64,000 nucleotides of DNA, from the NCBI RefSeq assembly GCF_018977255.1, contig NW_024704742.1, positions 54,376,001 through 54,440,000 of the forward strand. The letters run 5' to 3'. This document shows positions 36,341 through 47,839 of this stretch, in pieces. The number at the start of each line of letters is the position of its first letter. Position 1 is the first letter of the stretch. Source of the stretch: Callorhinchus milii. Lineage: Eukaryota. The translations under genes and the position numbers were made by a program. Below the pieces are notes generated by a model that saw only the letters and a program-made list of their open reading frames with translations, ran no database searches and was not told the origin of the DNA.

Positions 36341-37920
36341 CTGCAGCTTGTGAATGGGTAGGCTGATGATGAGGGAGTTCCCGTAATTGAAGTGGAGGCG
36401 GTGTAAAAGGTAGGAACTGAACCAGTCAAGGATAGAACCTTGAAGGTTGAGGTGGGAGGAGAGGCGGTGGAGGAGGATTGAGTGGTCCACGATGTCAAAG
36501 GCGGCGGAGAGGTCAAGAAGGACGAGGAGGCAGAGGGAGCCCTGATCACCCGTGGTCAAGATATCATTTGTGACCTTAACCAGAGCAGTTTCCAGGCTGT
36601 GGGCAGTATGGAAACCTGATTGGAGGGGTTCATGGAGGGAGTGGGAGGAGAGGAAAGAGCAAAGCTGGGAGGCACTGGCTCTCTCAAGGACCTTGAATAG
36701 GAAGGGGAGGTTTGAGATGGGCCGATAGCTAGATAGCTGTGATGGGTCAACGGAAAGTTTCTTCAGGGTGGGGGTGATAATGGCTGTTTTGAGGGGGGAA
36801 GGAATAGTGTCAGATGACAGGGAGAGGTTAATAATGTCATCGAGTAGTGGGGCAAGGAGGTGGAGCTGGGATTTAAGGAGAGGGATGGGGATGGGGTCCA
36901 GGGAGCAGGTGGTGAGCTTCATGGAAGTTATGGTGGTGAAGACAGAGGAGGGGGTGACAGGTTCAAAGGTATGGAAGGAGGGATGGGTAATTGTCAGATG
37001 AGTAATTGTAAGGGGTGGGTGTAGGGAGGGGGTGGAAGTTGGGAGGGCAGTGGCAGCTGAGCAGATTCCCTCAATTTTGGACTCGAGGAAGTCCAGCATT
37101 TTCTCACAGTGAGAGGCAGAGGAAAGAATCTGTGAAGCGTGGCGGGGAGGGTGGAGGAGCCGGTCAGTGGTGGAGAACAGGAGCCTGGGGTTGCCCTTCA
37201 CATCCAGGATTAACCTGGAATAGCAGGATGATTTGGCTGAGGCGAGAGCGGAGCGGTAGTTCTTGATGAGGTCCAGCCACATTTGGCGGTGGAACGTTCA
37301 GCTGGATTTGAGCCTTAAGCAAGTGGAGGTGGCTGGTGAACCAGGGTAAGGATTGGTAATAGGAGGCAGTTCGGGAGGTGAGGGGGCAAGGACGTCAAGT
37401 GTGGTGGAGAGGATGCTGTGGAGAAGAATAAGTGCGGCGAGTGGGTTGGTGCAAGAGGTGGGCCAGACGGGGAGGAGTTCAGAGCACTCAGGGCAGCAGA
37501 GAGGGATTGCGGGGAGATCTTCTTCCACGGGCGGTAGAAGATGGTGGTAAGTTTGGAGGCAGTGGGGAGAGGGATATGGGAGTTGAGCGAGATTAAATGG
37601 TGGTCAGAGATGGCCTTGTCAGTGATGGTGACATCCGAGACGTTGAGGCCCCGGGTGATCACCAGGTCGAGCGGGTGACCGTGAATGTGGGTAGCAGAGT
37701 GGATGTGGAAGGAGAGGTTGAGAGAGGAGAGGAGAGAGGAGATGTCTGAGGAGGTGGAGCAGGAGGGGGTGAAGTGGAGGTTGAAGTCGCCTAGGATAAT
37801 GAGGCAGTCGAAGCAGAGACAGAGGGAAGCAAGGAAGGTGGGGATGTCAGAGATGAAGGTGGGGGAGAATTTTGGGGGGCAGTAAAGTAAGAGAATTTTT
37901 AGAGAGAGATGGGAGGGATG
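36341..37920 (-). mobile_element. L2 ORF2 fragment: APE endonuclease C-half, tether and RT N-half
   Basis: LLYCPPK, ILGDFNLH, THIHGHPLDLVITRG, ISDHHLI; CSLDPIP, YRPISNLPFLFKVLER, QSGF, LLDLSAAFDIVDH. Confidence 0.95.
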
Positions 37921-37926
37921 GCAGAG

Positions 37927-39042
37927 GGTCCCCTCCTCTTCACCCTCTATATGCTCCCCCTTGGTGACATCATCCGCAGACATGGAGTTAACTTCCACAT
38001 GTATGCGGATGACACCCAACTCTACCTTTCCTCCTCTACTCTCAACTCCACGACCACCGATGTCCTGACAGCTGCCTGTCCGACATCGAGTCCTGGACGA
38101 GAGACAACTTTCTTCAGCTCAACGTGCGAAAAACCGAGGCCCTCCTGATTGGCTCACGTCAGCGCCTCCGAACCTCAGGCGCTGACACCATCAGCATCCA
38201 AGGCTGCACTCTCCACCTCTCAAAGCCAGTCAGGAACCTCGGCGTTTTGTTCGACCCTGAGTTGTCCTTTCTCCTCACATCCGCACCACAACTGGCACCG
38301 CCTTCCATCACCTCCGGAACATCGCCAGACTACGGCATTACCTCACCCCTCACGCTGCTGAAACTCTGGTCCACGCCTTTGTCACCTCAAGGCTGGACTA
38401 TGGGAACTCTCTCCTCGCCGGCCTTCCCGCCACCTCCCTCCACACTGCAGGTCATTCAGAACTCTGCAGCTCGTGTACTGTCCCGCACCAGGCTTCGCGA
38501 CTACATCACTCCCACCCTCGCTCGCCTCCACTGGCTCCCCATCCCCCAGAGGATTGATTTCAAGATCCTCATCCTCACCTACAAGGCCATTCACGGCCTT
38601 GCTCCCTCCTACCTCTCCAACCTACTATCCCCCTACCTACCTGCCCGTACCCTCCGTTCCTCTGGCTCCGGTCTGCTCCACGTCCCCCGCCCCAACCGCC
38701 CTACCATCGGTGGTCGGGCCTTCAGCCTCTCAGCCCCGAAGCTCTGGAACTCCATCCCCCAGTGCCTTCGCCTTGCTTCCTCCCTTTCCTCCTTCAAGGC
38801 CGGTCTCAAAACCTTTCTCTTTGACCGTGCCTTCAGCTCCCCTCTCGACTCTCTTCCCCCTCCTCGCTCCCTCCCTTCCTTCCCCTCACCCTGACCATTT
38901 CCCCCTCCTCGCTCCCTCCCTTCCCTCACCCTGACCATTTCCCCCCTGCTCGGGTCATGACCCAACTGTGCAGCGCCTTGGGACGTCCTCCTGACGTGAA
39001 AGGCGCTTTATAAATGGAATCTTGTTGTTGTTGTTGTTGTTG
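37927..39042 (+). mobile_element. Young 5'-truncated L2 (RT YADD to 3' end)
   Basis: [24 protein letters not shown]; CpG-rich; small frameshifts; stem-loop and (TTG)n; closely similar to 56757-57437. Confidence 0.96.
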
Positions 39043-39560
39043 TAAGGTGTTCCAATGCGGAGTGGACAGTTGGCAGGGCGATATCTTGGATGGGAGGGGG
39101 TAGTGGATTGATTGACAGGGAGGGTGGGGATGCGGATGAGGGAGGAGAGGTTATCCCCCGGGGTCTGGGTCCAGGGTGGCTTGCGGTGGTGGTAGGGAAT
39201 GGGGCAGTCATTGATGGACAGCCAACGTCGAGTGCTGCGATGAGCCCGGCGGAGGATTCCCAGGCTGGAGCAGAAGGAGGCGGTGGGGTGGTCAAGCAGA
39301 GATAGGAGGCGGGGAGGGCAGAGAGAGAGCAGGACAGAGTGGGAGAGTTGCAGGGAGGGGGACATTTTGAGGGAGGGCCAGCTCGGGTCAGGGGCGGCAG
39401 CCAAGATGCACAAGCTGGGACGAGAGGCGCCGAGTTTAGTAGGACACTGTCAGCCTGCAGGAGGCTGTGCGGCCTAAAGGTGGTGCAAAGGGTGGAGGGC
39501 GCTCATTATGGTTAGCAATGAGCAGCCTGCAGGGGAAGGACAGGGGAGACAGACAGAGGA
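39043..39560 (-). mobile_element. Probable L2 5' region leading into the start of the endonuclease domain
   Basis: Same C-rich minus-strand composition as 36341-37920; translation ends ..NLSSLIRIP...PLRIGT, resembling the first strand of the APE domain (LRIgxxNxrs). Confidence 0.65.
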
Positions 39561-40114
39561 AGGGTATAATCCATAATGGCTCACAATTTTAATCACTCCT
39601 GAATGCTTGTTTAATATATAATATAATTATTAATATTTGCATTTGTTATGGCTCTTTTTCACATGGAAAATCTCAGCATGGTTATTATTTGGATTGCTGT
39701 AAAAAAAAGCAAGTCCATGTCATCTGAAAACACTGGCGTTGAAAAAGCAGTCTAAATTAAGAGTCCTTGAATAACGAATATGGATTACCTGGATGTGTGG
39801 GAGATGGACACCATTATTACTGCTGACATCCTGAAGTCATTGTTGCATTCATCTTCCAACTGTTCACTGCCAGCAAGCAGTTTTACTAAAACTCAGAGTT
39901 AAAGCTCTGATTCTTCAGCCGGAAGACACATACGTTAAAGGATTTTAAAATGTGAGCAATGAGAATGCTGTTGGGAGTCTGTTTCTCACACATCTGTGTA
40001 GTTTATATTCCATGCCCCTCCAAGTACTACCGATGAGCCAAGCTGGCTGGTCACAAGCAGTGCCCTTGAATACTCCAGACCCACCTGGCTCAGGAACTAG
40101 ACTACCAAGATCAG

Positions 40115-40425
40115 TGTAGCTCAGTGGTTAGAGCACTCGCTTTGCAAGCGAGAGACCTGAGTTCAATTCCAGGCAGGGCGAAACCCTGGGCAAGTTTTCT
40201 TACTCCACACGCCTCATAATAATCCCTCCAAAACCAAACACAATAATAAATTGGCCATTTTCAATCTACGACTGTTTGTGGGACATTGCTGTGCGCAATT
40301 GGCTGCCGCGTTCGCCCACAAATAAACAGTCAATTCACTTGACAGTGTGTTCTGTGAAGCGCTTTGGGACGTCCTCCCGACGTGAAAAGCGCTATATCAA
40401 ATGCAAGGATTATTATTATTATTAT
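40115..40425 (+). mobile_element. Young full-length tRNA-derived SINE (short variant, L2-matched tail)
   Basis: TAGCTCAGTGG A box, GAGTTCAATTCC B box, CTCGC-TTTGCAA-GCGAG anticodon arm; tail GGGACGTCCTCCCGACGTGAAAAGCGC. Confidence 0.96.
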
Positions 40426-40939
40426 CACCTCACAGGGTTGAGTGAATTCTGTCATTCCATTGCCAAAGACCTCACCTTGGAGACAGCTCACTTGCAAGGA
40501 GCTGTTTCCAAGGTGAGCTTACATACCTTCCTTCCCTTCACCCACCCCCACCCCAGGAAGATAAGATAATCATATTTCTGCTTTTCATTTAGACCACATT
40601 TTCAAAAACATTTTAAGGACACTTTTGTCAAATTTATTTTAGGACTTATTTTGGTGCATGGTGGGCAGCCACTTGATAAGGAAGGTTATCTTATTTCTTT
40701 GTCTGATAGATTCATGTTGCAAAAATGGAACATTCATTTTCCAGTTCCTTTTCCACATGGATCAGTCAGCTTTCCAGGTCAATCTTTTTTTATCGTTGTG
40801 ATCTGAAATTAAACATTGTATTTCTACTTATTATTCTGTTTGCTCAAATTATCTTTGCTTGGCTTTGCCTTAGGGTTCTCTGTTGGGTTGTGGACTATAG
40901 TAGGGTGTATATTTATCTTACACATTGATGGTCCTGTTA

Positions 40940-41512
40940 TAGTAATTCATGCCTATGTCGCATCCCACTTGGACTTTTCCAACCCACTCCTCCTTTGCTC
41001 CACCATTCACAAGATACAACTCACCCAAAATCCCTGTAACCTCACTTGCACTAATTTCAGCATGCCCATCACACCAGTCCTCACTAGACTCCCCAGTCTC
41101 CGAGCGAATTAATTTTAAGATGCTCACCCTCACTTAATAATCCATCCACTTCCTGGGATCTCCCTATCTCTGCAATCTTTTACCCTATTCCAGCACTTCC
41201 AGAGCCTCTGCTCAGCTAACTTAGTAATAACTTAATAATAATAAAACTTGAGCTTGCTTTTCATCTATCACTCTCTGCACACCGTTATTAACTGAGCCTT
41301 CAGTTCCTATGCCCCTAACCTCTGGAACTCCCTCCCCCTACCACTCCGTCTCACTTTATTTCTCTCCTTGACCCACCATTAATCTTCCTATCTTTATGAA
41401 TGTAACTATCGCTACTTCCCCTTCCCTCTTTCACTTCCCTTTCCAACCCCAGCCTTGTAAAGTATTTTGAGTTACCTTATGTTATGATGCTATATAAATC
41501 TAATTTCTTGTT
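40940..41512 (+). mobile_element. Old L2 3' fragment
   Basis: IHAYVASHLDFSNPLL..IHKIQLTQN..PITPVLTRL; CTCTGGAACTCCCTCCC; degenerate tail. Confidence 0.8.
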
Positions 41513-42416
41513 GTATGTCCCAAAGTGGTAAGATACGACCACTTTGCTTTTCACACTGTACACTTTTCTGATGGGTGAGTCTCATTAAGGCTAATTTCAC
41601 AGTTCACAAACTACGTTTAAATTTGTAGTTGTTACAGCATGCTTTTAGCATAAAAAGTATTGATTTATACAGTATCTGAAATTTTCAATGTTCATTTTCA
41701 CCTGAACTAGATAGATTTTATCTATACTTTAGTTACTATAGTTACATTAGTTTTGCCATTTCAGTGAAATAAAATATGCAAACAGTGACATTAAGAAAAC
41801 AATCCAAGGGACCAAGAAGCGAATAGGTTTGGCACAATCCTATCGGAACTCCTACCATCAAGCTTCACCAATTTATGGACCAGTGCAGCAGAGAAGAAAA
41901 TGTTCTTATCGATAAAGATCCAGAAATGTCCCAATTTCTAATTTGTAGCCAAAGTTCCACAAATAGCATTGAGGTAAATGATCAGCTGATCTGAAGGATT
42001 GTTAGGCAGAACGTTTTTCCCTTTCCATACAGCACTGAAGGCTCTTCAGCACCCACCTGAATAGGAAAACTGTGTATTTGTTGACAAATAAGGCAGCTAA
42101 TTTGCACACAAGATCACAAAATTGGTTTGGTTGAAGAAGAAGGCCCATCTGATTTCGTCCATCCAGAATAACCACCTGACTATCTTATCACAGCATCAAG
42201 GTATTTTTAAATAAGACCAACAACAACAACAAGATTCCATTTATTTATTCCAGTGTCCTGGCCTCAACTATTCTTCCTTGTAACCTGTTCCATTCATTAA
42301 TTTGGTGTGAAAATATTTGGTGTGTCTGTTCTGAAATTGCCCTTTGCAACTCCTAACTTATGTTTCTTGTTCTACTGTCTTGGTGTATCCTAAAGTGTTG
42401 TTCTAAAACAACAATG

Positions 42417-42690
42417 TTCCACAAACAGCCATAAAGTGAATGACACATTTTATCAGAAGGATTTTTAACCAGAAACTTACTTCTCTTTTTGAACAACGGC
42501 ATGGGATATTTCACATTCACCAGAACAGGCAATGGAACCTTTGTTTAACATCGCATTCAAAGGACAGCCCCCTTCCCCAGCACCATATTGGAGTATCAGC
42601 CTAGGCTGCCAGTTCAAACTTCAGACAAGGGTTTTAACCCACAATCTTCTGACACAGAGACAAGTGCGCTATTACCAAGCCTGGCTGATC
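42417..42690 (-). mobile_element. Deu-domain SINE
   Basis: CCACAAACAGCCATAAAGTGAATGA...GTTTAACATC...GAGTATCAGCCTAG...AACCCACAATCTTCTGAC. Confidence 0.75.
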
Positions 42691-44484
42691 CCCACCTTCC
42701 TGAGAGAAATAAAAAAAGTCTATATATTTGTTGTTTTAGGCTCTTTTAAATAAAGGTTATTCATTGCAAGGTACATCTTTGCCATTGGGTTGTACATAAA
42801 ACATTTATCCCTGCTTTTAAGAATCCATTTCAAGTAGGATAGATACCTAAATGTGTATTTTGTTGAACAACCAGCAATTTGTTTTACATTATGAGTAATA
42901 ATTCTGAGGTTTATTGTGTTATACTGTCAATAAATTGTAAAACAAACAGAGTTAGCAGACTATATTTTTCCATGTAATAGGATTATGTTGTACTCTGTTT
43001 CTTCAAAAGTCAGAATTCTAAATAGACTCTAGGATGAAAACTTGTTAACTGAAATATTAACATAACTTTTCTTCTTGGTATTCTCATCAAGTGACATGCT
43101 CTGTTATGTAATTTTGACAGCCTGCAGCTCCCACATTATAACTGTATTTATGAATATTAATGAAAGTTATGGCCTAGCAAGTTTCTGTAGTAATGAGACT
43201 TGCAGTCCTTTAGACAGCTGCCATCTATCTGTGCCTCTTGTAAATTCTCTCAGTCTAACACCAGCTAAAGCTAACAACCCAATAATTATGGGCTTTGTGC
43301 AGTCTGTTAAATGTGGACTTCAATCAATTAACTTGAACAGCAGTTAAACCATAATTGTTGCCAATACATAAGAGTTCAGAACTTTAACATTTTGTTCCAC
43401 ACAATGGCTCATTGGTACAGTTACCCGAACTGTATAGGTTGCATGTTTGAATTTAAATTGTGGCTGCTGACAAAATTAAAGTATAATGATTGTCTCTCTG
43501 CTCTCGGCCAATGTTTTTAAAACTGCACAAGGATCTGTTCCTGCCCTTGGGAATCACGGGAGAATTTTCCAATTAATCCTTCCCAAATTGGCCATTTTTG
43601 GTTTTCTATGGTCAACAACCGCTCTCCCCTTCCTCCTGTTCAGCATTTGCCCCTGTCACTATAAAGTACTCTTTTCCATGTGCTTTTCTATGTGATGCAC
43701 CATATGAAAACAAGTTGTTGTTTTGACTCCCCTAAAAAGGGAATTAAGAGCTTGCATGAGAAGAGATGTGTAATTGTGCAATTCTGAGTTCAAGCCCCAC
43801 ATGCATATGATTACCAGGTAGGTGGAAGGCAAAGTGGATGGACCTGGGTCTTCTTTTGTCTAGCAATTCTCATGTTCTTACATTCTTATATACATTGGTG
43901 TGCGTGTTTCGGTTGCTACATGTATTTTGTATGTGAGATGTGGAGTGGGGAGATTTCTCCTGGGAGTGAACATGATGGGCATTTTTTTTTGCTTGTTCCT
44001 GTCAAGAAAGGGAAAGGAATCTAAGAGAGTGGTCAAAACAGTTAACAATTTCGGTTGAAATCAACAGTATTATCAAAACAAAATGGATTAATGTACCAGG
44101 TTTTGTAGGAAATGTCATAACCAGATCTAACAACACATTAGAATATAAATCCATGCCTTAAGGTATGAAAAATGGTGAGTTTGCTCAATTTAATTCAAGG
44201 TTAGCACTTCTACTGTTAACCTCATATATATATTTGTTAGTCATAATGTGATGATACTGTTTGTCAGAATCATATGTTTTGGTAAGTGAGAACTGTGTGA
44301 TATATAAAATATTTATGCTCCCGGCATTCTGGGAATTTCAGTTTCGGAGAGTAAAACACCATGGCAAATCATTTAATTTAAATAGATTTCATAGCTGTTT
44401 TCTTTGAATATTTCAGCATGGATATGCGAAGACTCAAACAACATTGAGAAGAGAGAGATGATGGTAAAATCAATGGTATTATTT

Positions 44485-45147
44485 GTTCCTCCTCTGGATT
44501 TCCCATTGCTTCTCATTCCTCCTCTGGATTTCCCATTGCTTCCCGTTCCTCCTCTGGATTTCCCATTGCTTCCCGTTCCTCCTCTGGATTTCCCATTGCT
44601 TCCCGTTCCTCCTCTGGATTTCCCATTGCTTCCCGTTCCTCCTCTGGATTTCCCATTGCTTCCCGTTCCTCCTCTGGATTTCCCATTGCTTCCCGTTCCT
44701 CCTCTGGATTTCCCATTGCTTCCCGTTCCTCCTCTGGATTTCCCATTGCTTCCCGTTCCTCCTCTGGATTTCCCATTGCTTCCCGTTCCTCCTCTGGATT
44801 TCCCATTGCTTCCCGTTCCTCCTCTGGATTTCCCATTGTTTCCCGTTCCTCCTCTGGATTTCCCATTGCTTCTCGTTCCTCCTCTGGATTTCCCATTGCT
44901 TCTCGTTCTTCCTCTGGATTTCCCATTGCTTCTCGTTCTTCCTCTGGATTTCCCATTGCTTCTCGTTCTTCCTCTGGATTTCCCATTGCTTCTCGTTCTT
45001 CCTCTGGATTTTCCATTGCTTCTCGATTCTCCTCTGGATTTCCCATTGCTTCTCGATTCACTGCTGGATTTCCCATTTCTTCTCGATTCACTGCTGGATT
45101 TCCCATTTCTTCTTGCTTCTCCTCTGGATTTCCAATTTCTTCTTGTT
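44485..45147. repeat. 30-bp minisatellite, 22 units (CCTCTGGATTTCCCATTGCTTCCCGTTCCT)
   Basis: Units start every 30 bp from 44491 to 45121; ten are identical (44521-44820). Confidence 0.98.
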
Positions 45148-45554
45148 TCACATCTGGTTTCACAAATGGGAAATCACATCGACTACAGCCACAAGCAATA
45201 TACCTGGATTCCTAACAAGCCTTTCTAAATGGAATACCAGTGAAACACCATCCTGCTGGGAGAGCAAGGTATCAGACAAAAACACCAGGGACAAAACAAG
45301 CAATTCCCTTGAGCTGATTCTGGCAATGGGCCTCTGCCTCAGACATTCAGCTTTGTAGCAGACAGTGAGTTGATTGGAGATGAGGCTCTGATAGATCTCA
45401 GAGTTCTTGCATGGTTACTCAGCCTCATTTATTGTAGCGGACTCTTTTCCTACCAAAGTACATTGTAACTTGGAGCTCAATGAATAGGTTGGAACCACCG
45501 TGTTTGTCACAGTTACATCCATGCTTATATTCTGCTTTCACCCACAGTATGCAG

Positions 45555-45708
45555 AACAACAAATTACATTTGTATAGCACTTTTCACGTCAGGAGGACAT
45601 CCCCAGGCTCTGGACATCAGGGATCCGCACCTAAGCTAGTGGTTGGGATCAGGAGCGGTGGAGGGCGGGGAGGGTAGGGGTAAGAAAGTGATCAAAGGCA
45701 CAGTCAAA
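45555..45708 (-). mobile_element. L2 3' terminus
   Basis: AACAACAAATTACATTTGTATAGCACTTTTCACGTCAGGAGGACATCCC. Confidence 0.8.
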
Positions 45709-45789
45709 AACACTTTACAGTATATACTGTGAAGCTCTATGTGAGAAGATGCTATATCAAATGCAAGGATTATTATTATGCTTGACTCT

Positions 45790-45984
45790 TACGATAAGCC
45801 TGGCCTGGATTACTATCATTTGCTTCTTCCATCTGGACAGCACCCTTATGCTATGGTGACCAGACTGTATGCAATACACTAGGTATGGCCTGCCCAGAGC
45901 ATTATATTGCCTGAATACAAATCTGGAGATCTAAATTCAACTGAGTTAGTAATATAACCCAGGATCCTATTTTCCTTGTTTATT
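45790..45984 (-). mobile_element. Old CR1 fragment, interrupted by the SINE at 45985
   Basis: GGTGACCAGACTGTATGCAATAC..AGGTATGGCCTGCCCAGAGCATTATA (reverse of the LVRPHLEYCVQFW region). Confidence 0.65.
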
Positions 45985-46295
45985 ATAATAATAATAATCC
46001 TTGCATTTGATATAGCGCTTTTCACGTCTTCTATACGTCCCAAAGTGCTTCACAGAATATACTGTAAAGTGAATTGACTGTATATTTGTAGACAAACACG
46101 GCAGCCAATTGCGCACAGCAATATCCTACAAACAGTCGTAGATTGAAAATGACCAATTTATTATTGTTTTGTTGGGATTATTATTAGGCGTGTGGAGTAA
46201 GGAAACTTGCCCAAGGTTTCGCCCTCTGCCTGGAATTGAACTCGGGTCTTCACTTGCAAAGCGAGTGCTCTAACCACTGAGCTACAGGATTCCAC
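45985..46295 (-). mobile_element. Full-length tRNA-derived SINE (short variant)
   Basis: Complete from (TAA)n to GAGCTACAGGATTCCAC. Confidence 0.95.
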
Positions 46296-46723
46296 GCTGC
46301 CCCACGCTGCCTTATTGCTGCCTCACACTAAATTAACAACAATTTGAAAAAGAGAAGGGAGTTTCTTTTGATATCCAAGCAAACAATTGCTGAAATAAAA
46401 TTGGTAATTCACTTCATGGCTGTTTGTGGGACATTTCTGTGCATAAATTGACTGTCGGGTTTGCCTACAAATACACAGGAACTGCAATACTCCTGTTGAG
46501 ATCTTTGAGACGTTTCCAATTTGTGAATAAGGCGTTCTTTCAAATGAAAGGTTTATTATTAGTTTTTGAAATTGATGGGATACCAAGAATCACATGTTCA
46601 TCAAGGTATGTAAAAAAGTGGGTATTGTAGGATTTTATAAGGCAATTGTTGATGTAAAGCCTGGGATTCTGGATGAATTGCACACAGAAATGAAAGAGGA
46701 GTGAGAACAAATCTATTTACATC

Positions 46724-47052
46724 TGTGGAATCCTGTAGCTTAGTGGTTAGCACCCTTATTTTGCAAGCGAAAAGACCCTGGTTCGATTCCCAGGCAAGGC
46801 AAAATCTTAGGTAAGTTTCCTTACTCCACACGTTTCTGTTTACCTAGCAGTAAGTAGGAACTCAATTGTTCCTTGGTTGATAATAATCCCTCAAAAAAAA
46901 ATTGGGAACTCAATCCACGGCTGTTTGTTAGACAATGCTCTGCGCAATTGGCTGCACCCAGTCAATTCACTTAATCGTATATTCTGTGAAGTGTTTTGAG
47001 ACGTTTTGGCGACATGATAAGGTGCTATATAAAATTCAAGGATTATTATTAT
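46724..47052 (+). mobile_element. tRNA-derived SINE (long variant)
   Basis: GTGGAATCCTGTAGCTTAGTGG head, GGTTCGATTCC B box, CTGTTTACCTAGCAGTAAGTAGGAA segment, TTA tail. Confidence 0.9.
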
Positions 47053-47839
47053 AATAGTCAATCCACTTTACATTATATTCTGTGAAGTTATTTGAGACAT
47101 TTCAACATCCCATCTCGTCTCATCCCTCCAGAATACTACACCCTACATGGCCTGGCCCCGAAAACCTTTCCTGGCAACCTATTCAAGTCATAATTACCCT
47201 CTGTTTAACGAAAGACTTCCTGGTATCTGTCCTGAAATTGTCCTTTACAACTTTAAGTCTATGACATCTTGTTCTATTTGTTCTACTGTCTATTTGTTGC
47301 ATCTTCCAAAAATGCAGGTGAACATTTGTAGCTATTGAAATCATGATGCGCCAAAAGAAGTTATCAACTTTTCAATGCATTTAAATCCTTTAGTAAACAT
47401 GAAAACTTCTTCATATGACCTTTTCCCCAGCTAATAGTCTACCTTTTGTAATAAATAATGATGTTGCAAAATTAGCTTTTTTTTCCCAATTCTAATCTCC
47501 CTTACTTGCAAATGACTCGGGGGCATTGCACTGAACATTGGAAAATAATAAATGCTGATGATGATAACACAAGACAATTTATTGCAAAAGAAGCTGAGGT
47601 GGGCAAAACTGCAACACAGCTGTTTTTACCCAGCACATTTATTTTCATCCTTTCAGAATACCCATCCAACTGTCTCCCCATTACTATATCAAACTGTTTC
47701 TTAATTGAGTCTGCTCCAAAACAGAATGCTGCAAAACATGTTAAGTTTTCTTTTATACAAATAAATATACTGTAGTACTTGAAAACAGGGTGGAAATGCT
47801 GACTACTGCAATGTGAAGTCTCTTAAAAATAAAAGGCTG

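Noticed and set aside
36242..37282. Intact reverse transcriptase gene or a retron-like system
   Set aside because: A fragment of L2 ORF2 lacking the YADD half of RT; all RT pieces in the window are broken L2 or CR1 copies.
39781..39890. Possible minus-strand exon ending at AG/GTAATC (39789)
   Set aside because: Weak acceptor and unrecognisable peptide; cannot be supported without RNA data.
40115..40190. tRNA-Ala(TGC) genes here and at other SINE heads
   Set aside because: Each runs directly into the SINE body and tail, has an imperfect T or acceptor stem, and lacks a nearby oligo-T terminator.
44485..45147. CRISPR array
   Set aside because: Units are head-to-tail with no unique spacers, there are no cas genes, and the context is vertebrate.
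44404..45358. Long ORFs of 216-291 aa over the 30-bp repeat as protein-coding genes
   Set aside because: They stay open because the unit is a multiple of 3 with no stops; starts are TTG/GTG; there is no recognisable domain or convincing splice context.
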